From the NCBI GenBank assembly GCA_965222715.1, contig OZ244961.1, positions 462,277 to 526,276 on the forward strand: DNA of 64,000 nt, read 5' to 3'. Position 1 is the first letter of the stretch, and every line of letters begins with the position of its first letter. Below the pieces are notes generated by a model. It searched no databases and was not told the origin of the DNA. It was given only the letters and a program-made list of their open reading frames with translations. This stretch comes from Minisyncoccota bacterium (lineage in GTDB: Bacteria; Patescibacteriota; Minisyncoccia; Phycocordibacterales; JABMNX01). The translations under genes and the position numbers were made by a program. Shown here in pieces: positions 60,986 through 64,000 of this stretch.

Positions 60986-63900
60986 TTATTTTGAGATTGT
61001 GTGTGCATCAGTTCCATCTGATGGAAGTCCAGATACGAAGTATCCGTTTGTCCAGTCAATGTGTCCTGCTGCTGACGTTGTAGTTGCGTTTGGTGACCAC
61101 ACAAAGTCATCATTCGTGTCAGCTTGGATTGTTGCAGCTGCTCCCATAAGTCCTGAAAGAACTGGGTATGCTGCGTCACCTGCTAGACGGGTTGTAACTG
61201 AACCTGAGAAGGTTCCTGTTCCCGCTGTTAGCGTGGTGTCTCCAAGTACTCGGAAGTAACGAGTCTGTCCTGCTGGGATTTGAAGGATTGATGAGAACGC
61301 TACTGCGTTGTCATTTCCTCCTGCACCTAGAGGCTCAGAGATAGCCGTTGCAAGAACTCCGTTAGTAAATCCAGATACTGGACTTGAGAAGCTTGCGTCG
61401 GTGTATGCTCGTACTTCAAGGTTGGTTACTGTAGTTGTTCCCGATACCGCTGAACCTGTTGAGGTTGCAAGGTTAACGTTCACTTCAGTAAGACCAATTC
61501 CGCTTCCACCTGCGCTAGCAGTAATGCTGAATCGGTAGAGGTCTACGTCTGTTGCTGTTGTAAGGGTTGTTGCTGCTCCTGAGAGCTTAGTAACCGTTGG
61601 GTATGACCGGAAGACACGTACACCTTCGAAGGTTGTTGAACCTGAAGCATTCACGGTTGTTCCTGATTCTTGTCCTACACCTTGGGTGTTTGTGTTTGCT
61701 GTGTCAATGTCAACTGCGATCAATGCACCTTGGGTACCAGCTTGGCTGGTACCAATGTTTGCAAGGTCAACCTTAACAATAAGGTCCTTGTCAGTGTCCT
61801 TAGGAAGGGTGACAGGAGTTGTAAGGGTTGATGTTGCGTTAGTGTTTGATCCAGTGAAGATTGCTGAACCAACCTTAGTTGCGCCATCGTAGATTCCAAC
61901 CTGTACGAGGTCTGAAGCTGATGATGATGCTGTGTTGGTAAGGGTCAATCCTACGCGCTGAAGTGTAATTGCTTCGTTTGCTGCGCGGAAGTTAATGGTT
62001 CCCATAGTTACTCCAGTTGAGCCACCTGCCACAATTTGGTATGACGGGCTTGCTGCATCTTCTGAAGCAACGAGTGAAGCTGCTGCAACGGTCATTGTCT
62101 GACCTGCTGAAGCAGTAATGGTTTCAGTTACTGAGTTTGATGATGTCACACCAGTGACTGTTGGGTTAGCATCTGAGTTAATTCCCCAAGCAACCGTTTC
62201 ATCATTTGCAACGGTACTTGCAAGGTCACACTTAAGTGCAAGAGTCTTAACTGTTCCTTTCGCAACAGTAAGCGCTTGGTCAAATGTGAATGTTTCTCCT
62301 GCGTCAGACGCAGCAGATGGGTTTACTACGTTTGAACCGGTGTTCAATACAGTTGAACCGTCGAAGAGTTGACACGCAGTCACCTCTGAAACAGTTACGT
62401 CGTATGTCATTGAGAGTTCAAGTGATGAGAATCGTACATCCTCACCTGACTGAGTAGCGTCAAGCTGTACGTTTGCAAACGTAAAGTCTTGTGCTCCTGC
62501 AGTAATGTTCTGTGCAACTGGTGTTGGTGAAATACTGATATCAAGTGCAGCTGCTTTCACAGTCATTGTGTTGAGTGTGAATGAGCTGTTTGAAATGCTA
62601 ATAGTATTTCCTGTTACATCACCTGTTGGGCTGGTCCATGTTGATGGATCAACGGTCACAGTGTAGGTGATTCCGTTTGATTGATCAGAACCAATTTTAC
62701 CTTGAAGACTGTATACCTGCTTTCCAGTTGGAAGAGTAATTGAGTCAGTGAAGGTAAGTGTCTGTGTTGCATCTGACGTTGTTGGGTCAGTTGCGTCAAC
62801 TGGTCCAGCAACAACTGAGCCATTTTGATCAACGATTGATACGTTGGTCAAAAGGTCATTACCAGTACCACCTGTTGAGGTAGCAACAGTAAATGTCATT
62901 CCTGAAATGTTGATTGCTTCACCCTTGATGTCTGTTTCAAAGGCACCAAGTGGTTGGTTTGGAACGTTAACTGCAACGTTCTGTGCAGCAACTGATGCTG
63001 ATTTCTGAATTGTAGTTACAGAACCAGCTGAGATGGTTGTTCGTGAACCATCAAAGAATGGTGTTCCAGTGGTGAACTGTGAACTTGTTTCTGATGCTGA
63101 TGAAGTTGAACCTGCTGATGGAGTAATTCCATAGTTAAAGGTTTCACCTGTCACATAGATATCAGTATCTTTGTCGATGTCCATGAACACAGTTCGGCTT
63201 GCGCCGCTAAGGATATCTGCTTTTACGTAGATATCAATGTTGTTTCCTTCATTAACAACAACTCCTGAACCGAAGTTTGCAGTGTAGAACTTACCATCTG
63301 CTGAAACAGTTGTTGGATACTCAGTACCATCAACAACAGTCATCACATTAGAGATATCAGTTGAACCTGCTGAACCCGTTTGGTTCCATCGAATGTTTCG
63401 AATGCGGATATCTTCAGCTGATCCTGCAGTTACACGGATTCCTGAGAGACGTACACCTGTGGTGCCAATCTCTTTAGTCTGTGCAGTGTTTGGATCGAAT
63501 GAAGATACGTTAAGTGTTGCAGCACCAATGGTAAGTGTTGCGTTAATAGTGTGTTGTGTTCCTGAAATTGGAAGTGAACCTGAAACTGCTGCTGAAGTGT
63601 TAACTGCAACAACGTCAAGTCCCACAACTTCACCAGCTCGTAATGAGTTGTCTGATGCCATGTTACCGGCAACTGTGAAGGTTCGAGTTGTTCCCGCTGG
63701 AATGGTTACTGACTCACCTACTTTCGCTTGGTCGTTTGAACCAAGAGTTTTAGCAGTTCCGAGTTGTACTCCATTTGAGTCAAGAAGAACGATACCTGCA
63801 AATGATGCGTTTGCACCAAGACCGACTCGCTTCACAGTAACGCTGTCAAGAGTTACTGCTCCGTCTGTACCAGCAGTTACGTTGAACTTAGTAAACGGTA

Positions 63901-64000
63901 CACGTGCTGCACTGTCAGGAGCAAGTGATGCTGCTACCTGCTGTGCTGCTGAAACAGTAAGACCGGTTCCAGTTGCTGGAGGATTTGTTGTTCCAGTTCC
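60986..64000 (-). CDS. Very large Ser/Thr/Gly/Ala-rich repetitive secreted/surface protein (C-terminal part; ORF continues upstream past the window end)
   Basis: Open frame on the minus strand continues beyond 63835 to the window edge. Composition and beta-rich repeats (TVTVDPSTW..., TFTVA...) look like adhesin / S-layer-like proteins. No catalytic motifs recognised. Confidence 0.5.
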   Translation of the reverse strand, partial: GTGTTNPPATGTGLTVSAAQQVAASLAPDSAARVPFTKFNVTAGTDGAVTLDSVTVKRVGLGANASFAGIVLLDSNGVQLGTAKTLGSNDQAKVGESVTIPAGTTRTFTVAGNMASDNSLRAGEVVGLDVVAVNTSAAVSGSLPISGTQHTINATLTIGAATLNVSSFDPNTAQTKEIGTTGVRLSGIRVTAGSAEDIRIRNIRWNQTGSAGSTDISNVMTVVDGTEYPTTVSADGKFYTANFGSGVVVNEGNNIDIYVKADILSGASRTVFMDIDKDTDIYVTGETFNYGITPSAGSTSSASETSSQFTTGTPFFDGSRTTISAGSVTTIQKSASVAAQNVAVNVPNQPLGAFETDIKGEAINISGMTFTVATSTGGTGNDLLTNVSIVDQNGSVVAGPVDATDPTTSDATQTLTFTDSITLPTGKQVYSLQGKIGSDQSNGITYTVTVDPSTWTSPTGDVTGNTISISNSSFTLNTMTVKAAALDISISPTPVAQNITAGAQDFTFANVQLDATQSGEDVRFSSLELSMTYDVTVSEVTACQLFDGSTVLNTGSNVVNPSAASDAGETFTFDQALTVAKGTVKTLALKCDLASTVANDETVAWGINSDANPTVTGVTSSNSVTETITASAGQTMTVAAASLVASEDAASPSYQIVAGGSTGVTMGTINFRAANEAITLQRVGLTLTNTASSSASDLVQVGIYDGATKVGSAIFTGSNTNATSTLTTPVTLPKDTDKDLIVKVDLANIGTSQAGTQGALIAVDIDTANTNTQGVGQESGTTVNASGSTTFEGVRVFRSYPTVTKLSGAATTLTTATDVDLYRFSITASAGGSGIGLTEVNVNLATSTGSAVSGTTTVTNLEVRAYTDASFSSPVSGFTNGVLATAISEPLGAGGNDNAVAFSSILQIPAGQTRYFRVLGDTTLTAGTGTFSGSVTTRLAGDAAYPVLSGLMGAAATIQADTNDDFVWSPNATTTSAAGHIDWTNGYFVSGLPSDGTDAHTISK

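Noticed and set aside
60986-64000. Possible CRISPR-like periodicity in the repetitive region
   Set aside because: Repeats are imperfect, protein-coding (continuous ORF, Ser/Thr/Gly codons) and lack spacer/repeat alternation. No CRISPR array is evident anywhere in the window.

Overview
The window is low-GC (about 40%) with dense, often overlapping genes and weak Shine-Dalgarno usage. This is consistent with a small-genome Patescibacteria/CPR-like bacterium, although the sequence alone cannot prove the taxon.

Layout:
- 1-26.7 kb: a large cell-envelope glycan biosynthesis and modification cluster. It holds an O-antigen-ligase-like protein, a Wzx flippase, a KpsF/GutQ arabinose-5-P isomerase and a GT9 heptosyltransferase. 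It also has at least seven GT4 glycosyltransferases, two AsnB-like amidotransferases, four SAM methyltransferases, an FkbM methyltransferase, two 2OG/PhyH-type oxygenases and an epimerase-GT4 fusion.
- 26.7-29.9 kb: a membrane-anchored lamin-tail-domain (LTD) protein next to a VirD4/TraD-like P-loop ATPase.
- 30-33 kb: a putative glycoside hydrolase, a GGCT-like protein and rsmI.
- rRNA genes are unlinked. 16S plus tRNA-Ile lie at 34.0-36.2 kb (minus strand). 5S plus 23S lie at 45.8-49.7 kb (minus strand). Between them, on the same strand, are a protease, SecDF, an epimerase, a sugar phosphotransferase, a GT4 and RodA/FtsW.
- The 23S gene is about 800 nt longer than a typical 23S. It carries an ORF-less, intron-like insertion of about 330 nt in domain V. 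It also carries an intervening sequence of about 350 nt at the helix-45 region that contains two tandem tRNA-like elements.
- The 16S gene appears to lack a canonical CCUCC anti-SD at its recognisable 3' end. A CCUCC-containing sequence lies about 440 nt downstream, just before tRNA-Ile, which suggests a 3'-terminal insertion.
- A short CCCGAT-N-ATCGGG hairpin motif recurs at five loci: both rRNA insertions and the rplJ-rplL spacer.
- 50-64 kb: ribosomal proteins L10 and L7/L12, tRNA-Pro with an adjacent GC-rich island of about 0.5 kb, large secreted LTD/Ig-like surface proteins, a Cas2/PaaX-like small gene flanked by repeats, a TPR protein, and a very large Ser/Thr/Gly-rich surface protein that runs off the window end.

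No CRISPR array was seen.
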